DNA of 64,000 nucleotides from Candidatus Marinacidobacterales bacterium (GTDB taxonomy: Bacteria > Acidobacteriota > Vicinamibacteria > Marinacidobacterales > SMYC01), in assembly GCA_965237955.1 (NCBI GenBank), contig OZ250169.1, positions 5,632,001 through 5,696,000 on the forward strand, written 5' to 3'. Below, in pieces: positions 18,723-27,921 of this stretch (its first letter is position 1; every line of letters begins with the position of its first letter). The notes below the pieces were generated by a model. The model ran no database searches, was not told where the DNA came from, and saw nothing but the letters and a program-made list of their open reading frames with translations. The position numbers and the translations under genes are program-made.

Positions 18723-18851
18723 CTACACTCCTCGTTGACGCTCCACAGGGGTGTGCCAACTACACTGTATCAAACGGCTTTACGGTCCAAATATCAAGGT
18801 AGTGGTTGTAGATCTTGCCGCTTTTGCGGGCGCGGGATACACTTCTCTTGC

Positions 18852-21050
18852 ATGTCTTTCCGGGCACTTTTAGTGCTGTCCTTCGCCCTTTCGTGTCCGG
18901 TTGCCGCTTTCGAGGGCAGAGTCATCGACCAAAACGGCGATGCCGTCGCTGGAGCGGACGTTGCGCTCGTGGGGTACGCCGGCGCGGCCCGAACCGATCA
19001 AAATGGCGGTTTTGTGTGGGTGCCGGACCCCGCGACACCGTTCGAAGTTCTCGTGGTCTTGCCCAACGGCACCTACATGTCGCCGATTGCGGTGAACGAG
19101 ATTCCCGATGGCGTGCTGACGATTCGAGTCGAGCCTCTGGTGACCGAGTCGGTGATGGTGACGAGTGGCGCAGCCCCGAACATCGATGCTTCCCCCGGGA
19201 GTGCCACGACCTCGGTGCCGCAAGAAGACATCGAAGTGCGACATCCGATCACGCTCACCGACGTGATCTCCAATATCCCGGGCGCTTCGAGTTTGTCCGA
19301 TCTCCACGCGAGTGTCCCATCGTTGCGAGGGCTCGCCCGCGGACGCACGCTGTTGCTGATCGACGGGGCACGCGTCACCACTGAGCGACGAGCAGGACCG
19401 AGCGCGACGTTCCTCGATCCGTTTTTCCTCGAAGGCGTCGAAGTGGCGCGAGGTCCAGGGTCGGTTGGCTACGGCTCGGACGCGTTCGGGGGAGTGATCC
19501 ATGCGCGAACCCGGCGAGTGGAACCGGGCTCGCCCACGAAAGTGCGGCTACGAGGCGCTCTCGGCGCGGGTCTTCCCGAGGCGACCGCGGGCGTCGAGCT
19601 CACCCACGGGCTCGACCAAGGTGGCATCGTGTTCCAGGCCCGCTACCGGAACTTCGAGGAGTACCGGAGCCCCGAGGGCGACATCTTCAACTCGCAAGCT
19701 TCCGATAAAGGCTTTCTCGGTCGCTTCACCCATGCCCTCGGAGACGGTGAGCTCAGCGTGGGTTGGCAGACCGGCCTCGGTCGAGATACCGGGCGGCCGG
19801 ATTCGCACGGGGAAGCGGTCAAGACTTCGTATCCGGAGGAAAACTCCAATCGCCTCACGCTCTCGTACGATTTGGAGCCGCGCGCGGGGTTCACCCGCAT
19901 CGGATTCCAGGGATTCTGGGGTCGGTACCAACTCATCACCGAGCGCGAAGCCGTCTCGATGCGCGAAGCCGTCTCGATGAATGACGCGCCGAAAACGCTG
20001 CGCGTGGCAAATGTGATCGCAGACGACTTCAGCTTCCGTAGCTTCGCGGTGCGGCCGGTCGGTAAGTCCCGGTGGGAGATGGGCGTCGACATCAACGGGC
20101 GTTACGGTCTCGAAGCATTCGACTCGTTTGCCGCTTTCGACCGAGACGGCGACGTTTTGTTCGAGCGCGACGAGCTCGCGATCGAAAACGCTCGGCGCAC
20201 CGACGTCGGGCTCTACACGAGCACGGAGGCTCTTCTCGGGTCTCGATGGTCGCTCGGTGCGGGCGTGCGCGTTGACAATGTCACCACCAACAACGAGGGT
20301 GGTTTTTTCGGGGACCAATCGACCGAGAACACCGCGCTCTCCGGCTACGGCTCGCTGAAGGTGGCGCTTGGCCGAGCTGTCAGTCTCACCGGCCAAGTGG
20401 CGCATGGCTTTCGCGACCCGACGCTCTCCGATCGGTACTTCCGCGGCATCACCGGTCGCGGCATCGTGATCGGCAACCCGAACCTCGAGCCCGAACGAGC
20501 GAACCAGTTCGATGTCGCCCTTCGCGTCGTTTCGGGACGCGCCCGCTGGGCGGTGTACGGCTATTTCTACCGTTTCTCCGATCTCATCGAGCGCTTCGAA
20601 GTTGAGAACGACGTGTTCTTGTTTCGCAACCGGGGCAGAGCCGACATCAAAGGCCTCGAGGCGGAAGTGCGATCGGAGCTCGGTACCAACTTCAACGTCG
20701 AGGTGTCGGCTCAGATCGCGCGCGGCAACACCGGGGTCGAAGATGCGTCTCTCGACGATATCCCCGGCGCGAACGTCAAAGCTCAGCTCCGAAGAGACTT
20801 CGGCGAGCGTGGTTACGCGCAAGTGCGGGTCGCGTACTTCGTCGAGGACGATTTGCCCGGCCCGACCGAGATCGTCACCCCGCAATACGGCACGGTCGAC
20901 TTCTCCGCGGGCTGGCGGCTGTCATCGAAAGTGGAGCTCCGGGGATTGGTGAGAAACATTTTCGATACCGCTTACCCGATCAGTCCGGATGCGAGAGCGG
21001 TGCTAGCGCCAGGCGTCAACGCCGTGGTCACCGTCGTCGCTGAATTTTGA
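18852..21050 (+). CDS. TonB-dependent outer membrane receptor
   Basis: Signal peptide; plug motifs SLRGL and LLIDG, EVARGPGSVGYGSDAFGGVI; GNPNLEPE; terminal Phe. Confidence 0.92.
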   Translation: MSFRALLVLSFALSCPVAAFEGRVIDQNGDAVAGADVALVGYAGAARTDQNGGFVWVPDPATPFEVLVVLPNGTYMSPIAVNEIPDGVLTIRVEPLVTESVMVTSGAAPNIDASPGSATTSVPQEDIEVRHPITLTDVISNIPGASSLSDLHASVPSLRGLARGRTLLLIDGARVTTERRAGPSATFLDPFFLEGVEVARGPGSVGYGSDAFGGVIHARTRRVEPGSPTKVRLRGALGAGLPEATAGVELTHGLDQGGIVFQARYRNFEEYRSPEGDIFNSQASDKGFLGRFTHALGDGELSVGWQTGLGRDTGRPDSHGEAVKTSYPEENSNRLTLSYDLEPRAGFTRIGFQGFWGRYQLITEREAVSMREAVSMNDAPKTLRVANVIADDFSFRSFAVRPVGKSRWEMGVDINGRYGLEAFDSFAAFDRDGDVLFERDELAIENARRTDVGLYTSTEALLGSRWSLGAGVRVDNVTTNNEGGFFGDQSTENTALSGYGSLKVALGRAVSLTGQVAHGFRDPTLSDRYFRGITGRGIVIGNPNLEPERANQFDVALRVVSGRARWAVYGYFYRFSDLIERFEVENDVFLFRNRGRADIKGLEAEVRSELGTNFNVEVSAQIARGNTGVEDASLDDIPGANVKAQLRRDFGERGYAQVRVAYFVEDDLPGPTEIVTPQYGTVDFSAGWRLSSKVELRGLVRNIFDTAYPISPDARAVLAPGVNAVVTVVAEF

Positions 21051-21120
21051 TCCAATGCGCAGCACGTCGTGGTGAACTGTTTCGACGAAGTCCGACAGCG
21101 AGACCAATACCGTAGCCGGG

Positions 21121-21582
21121 CTACGGCGCAGCGCCGATCAGTCGAGCATTGTGAATCGCGGCATAGCTGTACGCTGCCATGAGCGAGATGCGTAGCAGAA
21201 GTGCAGTCTTGGTCTTTCCCGCGCTCTGCAACTTTTCCGTTGCGTAATAGACGGCCATCGGGCCGACGACGTGGGTTGCAATCCGAAGCCCTCGGTGCGA
21301 GGCTGCCGGGTTTCCTTCGGCGAAGCCTTGGGAGAGTCCGTGTTCGGTCGTGATGAGGTCGGCGGCGGAGGCGGCGAACATTCCCACGCCGGACACTCGC
21401 AGCGCGGGCGAGCTGTCGGATTCGCCGAGATAGTCTCGCTCCGGTGTGAGTTGATATCGAGCGAGCTCGCTCTCCGTGGGCTCGATGGTGCGGGTCTGCT
21501 CTTCGTCACCGTCGTCGCCTGGTTCGGCATTGCTTGCGAGCGTCAAAGACAGCGCCAGCGCAGAAAAGGTTTGTACCAGCAT
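21121..21582 (-). CDS. Hypothetical exported or membrane protein
   Basis: Signal peptide; ADLITT...EGNP motif and hydrophobic helices. Confidence 0.65.
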   Translation of the reverse strand: MLVQTFSALALSLTLASNAEPGDDGDEEQTRTIEPTESELARYQLTPERDYLGESDSSPALRVSGVGMFAASAADLITTEHGLSQGFAEGNPAASHRGLRIATHVVGPMAVYYATEKLQSAGKTKTALLLRISLMAAYSYAAIHNARLIGAAP

Positions 21583-21641
21583 GCGACCTCCGGCGTGGGA
21601 CCGAAGTGGAATGGTTTGTTCGGTCGGTTTGCCGGAGGAAC

Positions 21642-21657
21642 TGCAAAGATGATACCG
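21642..21657 (-). promoter_or_regulatory. Putative sigma-54 promoter
   Basis: CGG-TATCATCTTT-GCA (GG-N10-GC) about 60 bp upstream of the ATG at 21582. Confidence 0.35.
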
Positions 21658-21766
21658 GGACGGTGCGTTTGCGCTAAGCGCAGGGATGGCCGCTGTTTAC
21701 ACGGCGCCGGGTGGGCTTTTTGGGCCCGGGCGGCGTAGGGGTCGGCCTACAGTCCGCGGGAAAACA

Positions 21767-22210
21767 CTACGCTTCGATATCGTCGAGGACTTCGTCCGGG
21801 TGGCGGGCAGCATCGACGTCCGGGTACGCCTGCCGCACGGTTCCGTCCGTGCCGATCCAATAGCTGATGCGCTTCGCGTACTGGGCGTTCTCGGCTTCGC
21901 ATGCGCCATAGGCCATCCCGACCGAGCGCGACGTGTCGCAAAGAAGAGGGAAGTTGAAGTCGAATTTCTCCGCGAACGCGCGGTTGTCGTCGACGGTATC
22001 GAAGCTGATCCCGAGGATGTGAACGTTCTTGTCGGCGTATAGCTGAATCTTGTCGCGGAACCCGCAACCTTCGGACGTTCATCCGGGGGTGTCGGCCTTG
22101 GGATAGAACCACAAGACGACGTTTTGTCCCTCGTAGTCGGAAAGTCGAACGGTATTGCCGGAGTGGTCTTGCACCTCGAACGGGGGAGCGGCTTGTCCCA
22201 CTTCAATCAT
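21767..22210 (-). CDS. bcp: Selenocysteine-containing peroxiredoxin (BCP/PrxQ), 147 aa
   Basis: FYPKADTPG-[TGA 22081-22079]-TSEGCGFRD continues in frame (ILGISFD, FPLLCD, KRISYWI) to TAG at 21767; TGA sits at the peroxidatic Cys. Confidence 0.88.
22052..22068 (-). promoter_or_regulatory. Putative bacterial SECIS hairpin
   Basis: GUUGCGG-GUU-CCGCGAC stem-loop beginning 10 nt after the UGA, with G in the apical loop. Confidence 0.65.
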
Positions 22211-22223
22211 TCTCGATTCCTCA

Positions 22224-23030
22224 CTAGTGGTTGGAAGCGATGGTTTCGCTTCGTTTCTGGAAATCGTTCCAAACGATCTGCTGTCGCACATGGATGGAGC
22301 GAAACAACATGCGAGCTTTAATGTAAAAGTCGAAACGCTCCGGCAGCCAAACGTCGTCCGGCATGGGATGACGTTGGAACATGCCCGACATCTTGGACAC
22401 CGAGCCCATCATCCCCCACCAAAACCTGATTTTTTCCCGCAGCTCGAACTCGATGCGTGCGATCTCGAAGCTCTCGGTGTCGATCCAGATGTGTCCCACG
22501 GCTTTGTTGAGGGCGCGGTCGACGGTTCTCTTGACCGGGAGCTTGCCGGGTTTTGGCTCGAACCAAAGGACGTAGCATTCGCGTCCGCCGAGTGGTCGTA
22601 CGTCGACGCGTTCGAGGTCGTATCGTGACAGGAGCTCTTCGTCGAAGGCGACGCGGTCATCCGCGTCGTTGTGCTTCGCTTCGCCCTTGGCGAGCTTCTT
22701 GCGAAACTTCTCCTCGCGCTTGCGTTCTCTTTTTATCTCCTTGTCGGTGAGCTCACGCCCGTCTTTCTCGACGAGTCGCTCGTAGGCGACACCTTCGATG
22801 TGGTCGCTGCGATAAAGGTGCTCTTCGACCTCTTTGACCTCTCCCTGTTTGTCGAGCTTTTCGGTGACGCTCACGAGTTCGTAGTCGTACTTGACCTCGT
22901 TGCCCGCGTCCTCGTGCTGCTTTTGGACTTCGATGGCTTTTTGGACAATGTCCTCGGCGCTCTCGGGCTCAGCCGCTGCCGTTTGGACGGCCACGGCCAG
23001 GACAATCGGGCACACCCCAATAGCACGCAT
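22224..23030 (-). CDS. Exported hypothetical protein (LolA/MucB-like fold suspected)
   Basis: Signal peptide; GRECYVLWFEP and GHIWIDTESFEIAR pattern. Confidence 0.7.
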   Translation of the reverse strand: MRAIGVCPIVLAVAVQTAAAEPESAEDIVQKAIEVQKQHEDAGNEVKYDYELVSVTEKLDKQGEVKEVEEHLYRSDHIEGVAYERLVEKDGRELTDKEIKRERKREEKFRKKLAKGEAKHNDADDRVAFDEELLSRYDLERVDVRPLGGRECYVLWFEPKPGKLPVKRTVDRALNKAVGHIWIDTESFEIARIEFELREKIRFWWGMMGSVSKMSGMFQRHPMPDDVWLPERFDFYIKARMLFRSIHVRQQIVWNDFQKRSETIASNH

Positions 23031-23105
23031 CGATGCCCGAATTATAGCGTGCCGACGCTTGATACTAAGCTCGGCACTCGACCAGAGAGATTCTCGTGCG
23101 GACTT

Positions 23106-24362
23106 CTACGTCATTATTGCCTTGACACCCGCGATCGCTCGGTCGACGTGCTCCATGGTGTTGTACACGTGAGGGCAAAGTCTGAGCCCGCCCGTGCGAG
23201 CGCCGGCGATCCCGTGCTCCTGGTAGAGCTGATTCATGACCCCGCGGGTACGGCCTCGCTCTCCTTCGACTACGGTGATGCAAACACCACCGGAGAGCTC
23301 CGGTGACTGAGGCGTTACCAGCGATAAGCCGGCATTGGCAATCCCGGCTTTCAGAGCGGTCGCGAGCTCCGTCACGCGTGCTTCGGCGCGCGCAGCTCCG
23401 ATCGAGTTGTGGAAGTTGACCGTTGTTCCCACCGCGGCGAGGCACGCGTCATCTCTCTGTCCGAATGATTCGAATTTGCGCGCGCCCTTCGGGTCGGGAT
23501 CGACGTCATCGCCCCAGCCCGGCGCCACGATGTTGGGCCAAATGCGAGGGATGTTGTCGGTCTTGACGTAGAGGAGGCCGGCCTCCTTGGGTCCCATGAA
23601 CCACTTGTGGGCCGACCCGGTGTACGAGTCGCAACCCATTTCGCGGAGATTGACATCGAGAGCACCCCAGCTTTGCGCGCCATCCACGTGGACGTAGATG
23701 CCGCGCGCCTGTGCGGCTTCGACGAGGTCTTTCGCCGGCAACTTGATGCCACTAACGTTCGACACGTGCGTGATCGACAACACTTTGGTCTTGTCGGTGA
23801 ACGCGGACGTAAACGTGTCGAAGAGCTCTTGAGCGCTACCGGGACGCTTGGGCGTGGAGACTCGTTTGATCACCAGGCCGTATCGTGCGGCGCGGACGTC
23901 CCACGCGACGTTGTTGGTCGGATGATTCTGGTCCCACAACAAGACTTCGTCGCCCTCTTCGAGCGATAGGCCGTTGTTGATTATGTTGTTGGCCTCGCTC
24001 GTGTTGCGCACCAGAGCGATCTCGTCGGAGCTGACGCCCATCTGTTTGGCGACTTTGTTGCGGGACGCTTCGCGCAGTTGATTGAACTTCGCGCGATTCT
24101 GGGAGCTGCAATCGCGATCGATGTCGGCGGTGAGCTCACTCACACGGTCGGAGACTGCGCGCGGCGACGGGCACAGGTTCGCGGCGTTCATGGGGACTTT
24201 CTCTTCAGTGAACGAGAATTGCGCTCGGACGAGCTGCCAGTACGCTTCGCCATCGGCGGGCGTCTCGGCAAGACTCTCGGTAGCGTGGGCGGTCTCGAAC
24301 GCGGCCGGCAACAACGCGGCACCAGCAGCGATTTCCTTCAGGAACGAACGACGCGAGTTCAT
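23106..24362 (-). CDS. Tat-exported class V PLP-dependent aminotransferase (isopenicillin N epimerase-like)
   Basis: SRRSFLK twin-arginine signal; RNTSEA, HVDGAQ and SAHKWFMGP (PLP lysine). Confidence 0.9.
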   Translation of the reverse strand: MNSRRSFLKEIAAGAALLPAAFETAHATESLAETPADGEAYWQLVRAQFSFTEEKVPMNAANLCPSPRAVSDRVSELTADIDRDCSSQNRAKFNQLREASRNKVAKQMGVSSDEIALVRNTSEANNIINNGLSLEEGDEVLLWDQNHPTNNVAWDVRAARYGLVIKRVSTPKRPGSAQELFDTFTSAFTDKTKVLSITHVSNVSGIKLPAKDLVEAAQARGIYVHVDGAQSWGALDVNLREMGCDSYTGSAHKWFMGPKEAGLLYVKTDNIPRIWPNIVAPGWGDDVDPDPKGARKFESFGQRDDACLAAVGTTVNFHNSIGAARAEARVTELATALKAGIANAGLSLVTPQSPELSGGVCITVVEGERGRTRGVMNQLYQEHGIAGARTGGLRLCPHVYNTMEHVDRAIAGVKAIMT

Positions 24363-24453
24363 GGGCGCCTCCTTCGTGAATCATACCGTAGTTTCACGTT
24401 CGCGTCTCGCGCGATCGTCGCGCCGCCGCCGCGCGAAAAGCTGTGAGCACAAT

Positions 24454-24631
24454 TGTCAGGTTCTCTCACATTACGTTATCTGCGCGCAATCGACTGGAAA
24501 CAAATGGGTTGCTTGCACGGTTCTGTATGGACTGTCGGAATCTTTGACATACCCGCTACCGTTTGCTCTGCGGTTCCATTGCTCAAGCGCTTGTAACTCA
24601 ACGAGTTGCGTCAGTTGGAAAGGGACTTGCA
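24454..24631 (+). promoter_or_regulatory. Putative sigma-54 promoter with two TGT-N11-ACA enhancer-like boxes
   Basis: tgtcaggttctctcaca 24454-24470; tgtcggaatctttgaca 24533-24549; TGGAAAGGGACTTGCA 24616-24631 (GG-N10-GC). Confidence 0.55.
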
Positions 24632-24695
24632 GTATGACACATTGGTTTTGGGTGCCTTGAGTTGTGCCATTGGAAACAGACTTAAGGAGGAGTAA

Positions 24696-25577
24696 ATGGG
24701 CCGCACGCTAGTCCCCTGTATCAGAACAAACTAGATAAAGCAGAGCTTGCCGAAACACTTCTAAGTGCATGAATCTTATGAATCTTATGGGCTGGCGAAA
24801 AGCCTAACTTTGTATAGTGATCAAAGATCCAGGGGACTAGGCAAAGTAACCATTGCGTTCGGCATCGTTTTTCTAGCCGCGGGGTACGCTTGGGCGACGC
24901 CGCCGATCATGTTCGAGTTCGGCTTGTACGAGCTCGGGAACCATCCGGACGGAAACGAAGCACCGCCGGAGTACGGTAGCCGCCTCGATCACTTGTTCGC
25001 CGACGTGGGTGTTTTCTTGTTCGACTACGAGTGTGATGCGTGCGACATGAGGATGGATTACAGCCCTGGCTCGATCCATATCTTCGGTCACGCGTTCGGC
25101 GGCGAGCCGGAAGACGGAGGCTTCATCGATAACGAGTTCGACGGGCTCTACTTTTGGGACGTCACCTACGAGGTGGCAGCTCCAGTCGAGGACGACGACG
25201 ATGGGCTCCAGGATATCGGACAACCCGGCGAGACCGGCAATCCGGACGGCATCGGAACGCTCGAGTTTCTGTCAGCGACGGGAGGGGATGACCTACCCGA
25301 TATCACTATGTGGGATCTCATGGACAAGAAGGGCGGCCATCCGAATAGCCTCCGCGTCGGTGACGAAGGCGACGACATGGGCCATCGGGATTTTCCCGGC
25401 ATCTCCGGCTGGGGTTGGCTGAAGGTCCGCGAAACCGGAGACGGCGATTTCGTGGACGCTGAAGGCGCGCAAGACTTCTTGTTTATCGCGCGGCGCATCC
25501 CAGTTCCTGCTCCAGGGAGCGCTGTGCTGCTGATCCTCGGTCTCGCGGCACTCGGCTCGAGACGCCGAAAGGACTAG
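24696..25577 (+). pseudogene. PEP-CTERM-type (VPAP variant) surface protein interrupted by a MITE at codon 5
   Basis: RBS aaggagg and ATG 24696; removing the MITE restores signal peptide MGRTLGKVTIAFGIVFLAAGYAWA; C-terminus VPAPGSAVLLILGLAALGSRRRKD. Confidence 0.85.
24712..24836. mobile_element. 125-bp MITE, copy 1
   Basis: Terminal IR tcccctg(t/g)atc; CTAG on both flanks (24708-24711, 24837-24840); near-identical inverted copy at 63175-63299. Confidence 0.92.
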
Positions 25578-26842
25578 GCCGGCGTTCCAACCAAATCGAC
25601 GATCGTCAACGCGAGCACTTTCGTCGCGTTGACGAGATCGTCGACGAGGCAGTACTCGTCCACCTGGTGAGCGAGCTCCAAGATTCCCGGCCCGTAAGCT
25701 ACGCAGTGCTCGACACCAGCAACACGGGCGACGTGCTTGTGGTCGTAGGTGCCCGGGCTCGCGACCCGCTCCGCCTGCTTGCCGAGAACAGCTTCGATTG
25801 CGGCTCCGACCGAGCCGATGACCGGGGAGTCCCGTGGCGTTTGAACGGGATGCACCACCATGAGCTCCTCGAGCTCGAAACGTCCGCCACCTCTAGCGAC
25901 ACGCTCGAGTAGAGCTTTCACTTCCTCCTTCGCTTTCTCGAAACCCTCTTCGTGCAGGAAGCGCCGGTCGAAAATCGCCTCGCATCGATCGGCTACGCAC
26001 GGGCTTTGTGGCATTTGCCCGGCCTGGCCTCCCGTGATCGAGTTGATGTTGAGCGTCGCGTGTCGCGCCCCGGGGGGCACGACCGGGGTAGCCGTGACGC
26101 GCTGAGCCAGCTCGGGGACGAGCTCGTTTTTGATCGCCTCCAGAAACTCACTCATCCGGTCGATGGCGCTCTCGCCGAGAAAGGGCATGCTTCCATGCGC
26201 GATGCGGCCGTGTGCAGTTACTTTGAACCAATAGACCCCGCGATGGCCGACACAAATGCGATCGACGTTCAGAGGCTCGGGGATGATGACGTAGTCGGTC
26301 ACATCGCGAGCGATGCGCCCTTGCTCGCACAGAAACCGAACGCCGGCGAAACCTCCGGTCTCTTCGTCGACGGTGCCGCTGAGCTCGACGCTCCCTGCCA
26401 AAGAAACGCCGGCGCGACGCACCGCTTCCGCGGCGTACACGGCGGCGGCGATGCCCGCTTTCATATCGCATGAGCCGCGACCAAATAACTTTCCGTCTTC
26501 GACGAGCCCGCCGAACGGATCGACGCTCCATCCCGAACCCGTGGGGACGACGTCGATGTGGCCGTTGAGATGCACCAGCGGACGCGCCGACGCGCCTTGT
26601 CGCCGGCCCACGACGTTCACGCGCGGAAAGTCCTTCGAGTGATCCGGGTGATCGGATGCGGTTGGATAGTCGACCTCGAAGTCGAGCTTCGTGAGTCGAT
26701 CGCCGATGAAGTGGGACGCGTCGTGGTAAGCGTCGCCCGGCGGGTTGAGCGTCGGGATCCGGATCAGATCGGCGGCGAAAGCGACGATCTCGTCACGCGC
26801 GCTCTCGACTTCGGCGAGGACTTTGTCGGTGTCCGGGTTCAT
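25574..26842 (-). CDS. M20 family metallopeptidase (ArgE/DapE-like deacylase)
   Basis: HLNGHIDVVP, GRGSCDMKAG, DEETGG, IIPEP and AHQVDEY motifs. Confidence 0.92.
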   Translation of the reverse strand: MNPDTDKVLAEVESARDEIVAFAADLIRIPTLNPPGDAYHDASHFIGDRLTKLDFEVDYPTASDHPDHSKDFPRVNVVGRRQGASARPLVHLNGHIDVVPTGSGWSVDPFGGLVEDGKLFGRGSCDMKAGIAAAVYAAEAVRRAGVSLAGSVELSGTVDEETGGFAGVRFLCEQGRIARDVTDYVIIPEPLNVDRICVGHRGVYWFKVTAHGRIAHGSMPFLGESAIDRMSEFLEAIKNELVPELAQRVTATPVVPPGARHATLNINSITGGQAGQMPQSPCVADRCEAIFDRRFLHEEGFEKAKEEVKALLERVARGGGRFELEELMVVHPVQTPRDSPVIGSVGAAIEAVLGKQAERVASPGTYDHKHVARVAGVEHCVAYGPGILELAHQVDEYCLVDDLVNATKVLALTIVDLVGTPA

Positions 26843-26910
26843 GGGATCGATAGCAAGCATAACGCATTTGCGCGCTTGCTTTTGATGACGTGCGCGATCA
26901 GAATCGACCC

Positions 26911-27921
26911 GTGAACTGGCTAGGACTGGTCATTGCGCTCACCGCTTCTGATGGCTCGGGGTTGACTCTCATCGACGGTGTTCGAGTAGGACACCACACG
27001 CTTTCCGAAAGACCCACGGGCTGTACCGTCGTTCTCACCGAAGCCGGCGCCGTCGCCGGCGTTGACGTCCGTGGCTCCGCGCCAGGAACTCGCGAGATAG
27101 CGCTTCTCGCTCCGGTGAACACAGTCGAGCGAGTGCACGCCATCGTGCTTTCCGGCGGGAGCGCGTTCGGGCTCGATGCGGCGACCGGCGTCGTCCGTTA
27201 TCTCGAAGAGCGGAGCGTCGGGTTCGACGTCGGCATCGCGAAAGTGCCGATCGTACCGGCTGCGATCTTGTTCGACCTCGGTGTCGGCGGTAAGCCGCAG
27301 ATACGTCCCGGAGCGGATTGCGGCTATCGCGCGGCAATCGCGGCGACGTCGGCTGCGATCGCCGAGGGCAACGTCGGAGCGGGGGCGGGAGCAACGGTAG
27401 GCAAGAGCGCGGGTCCGGGCCGCGGGATGAAAGGCGGCATCGGTACGGCTGCCATCGAGCTTCCCGGCGGGTTGGTCGTGGCAGCCCTCATGGCGGTGAA
27501 CGCGGTTGGGGACGTGATCGACCCCGCGACGGGCGAAGTCGTTGCCGGGGTTCGGGGGGAAGATGGAAAGAGCTTGGCCGACGCGCGGCAGCTGCTGCGA
27601 TCGGGTGCCCTCGTCCACGGCAAGGTGGGACGGAACACGACGATCGGGATCGTCGCGACCAACGCACGCCTGACCAAGACCGAAGCCACGAAAGTCGCTC
27701 AAATGGCGCATGATGGCCTGGCGCGAGCGATCGTTCCCGCACATACGCCGTTCGACGGCGATACGATTTTTGCGCTCGCTCTCGGCAACTGGGAGGGCGA
27801 CGTCAGCGTTTCCACGGTAGGCGCCCTCGCCGCCGAAGCTGTGTCCGATGCGATCCTGAGCGCGATCGCGAACGCGGAGAGCATTCCGGGCTTTCCTGCG
27901 GCATCGGACCTCGATCCTTGA
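26911..27921 (+). CDS. P1/S58 family peptidase (DmpA-like)
   Basis: TGCTVV, DVRGSAPGTRE, GGSAFGL, NTTIGIVATN and HTPFDGDTIF motifs. Confidence 0.9.
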   Translation: MNWLGLVIALTASDGSGLTLIDGVRVGHHTLSERPTGCTVVLTEAGAVAGVDVRGSAPGTREIALLAPVNTVERVHAIVLSGGSAFGLDAATGVVRYLEERSVGFDVGIAKVPIVPAAILFDLGVGGKPQIRPGADCGYRAAIAATSAAIAEGNVGAGAGATVGKSAGPGRGMKGGIGTAAIELPGGLVVAALMAVNAVGDVIDPATGEVVAGVRGEDGKSLADARQLLRSGALVHGKVGRNTTIGIVATNARLTKTEATKVAQMAHDGLARAIVPAHTPFDGDTIFALALGNWEGDVSVSTVGALAAEAVSDAILSAIANAESIPGFPAASDLDP

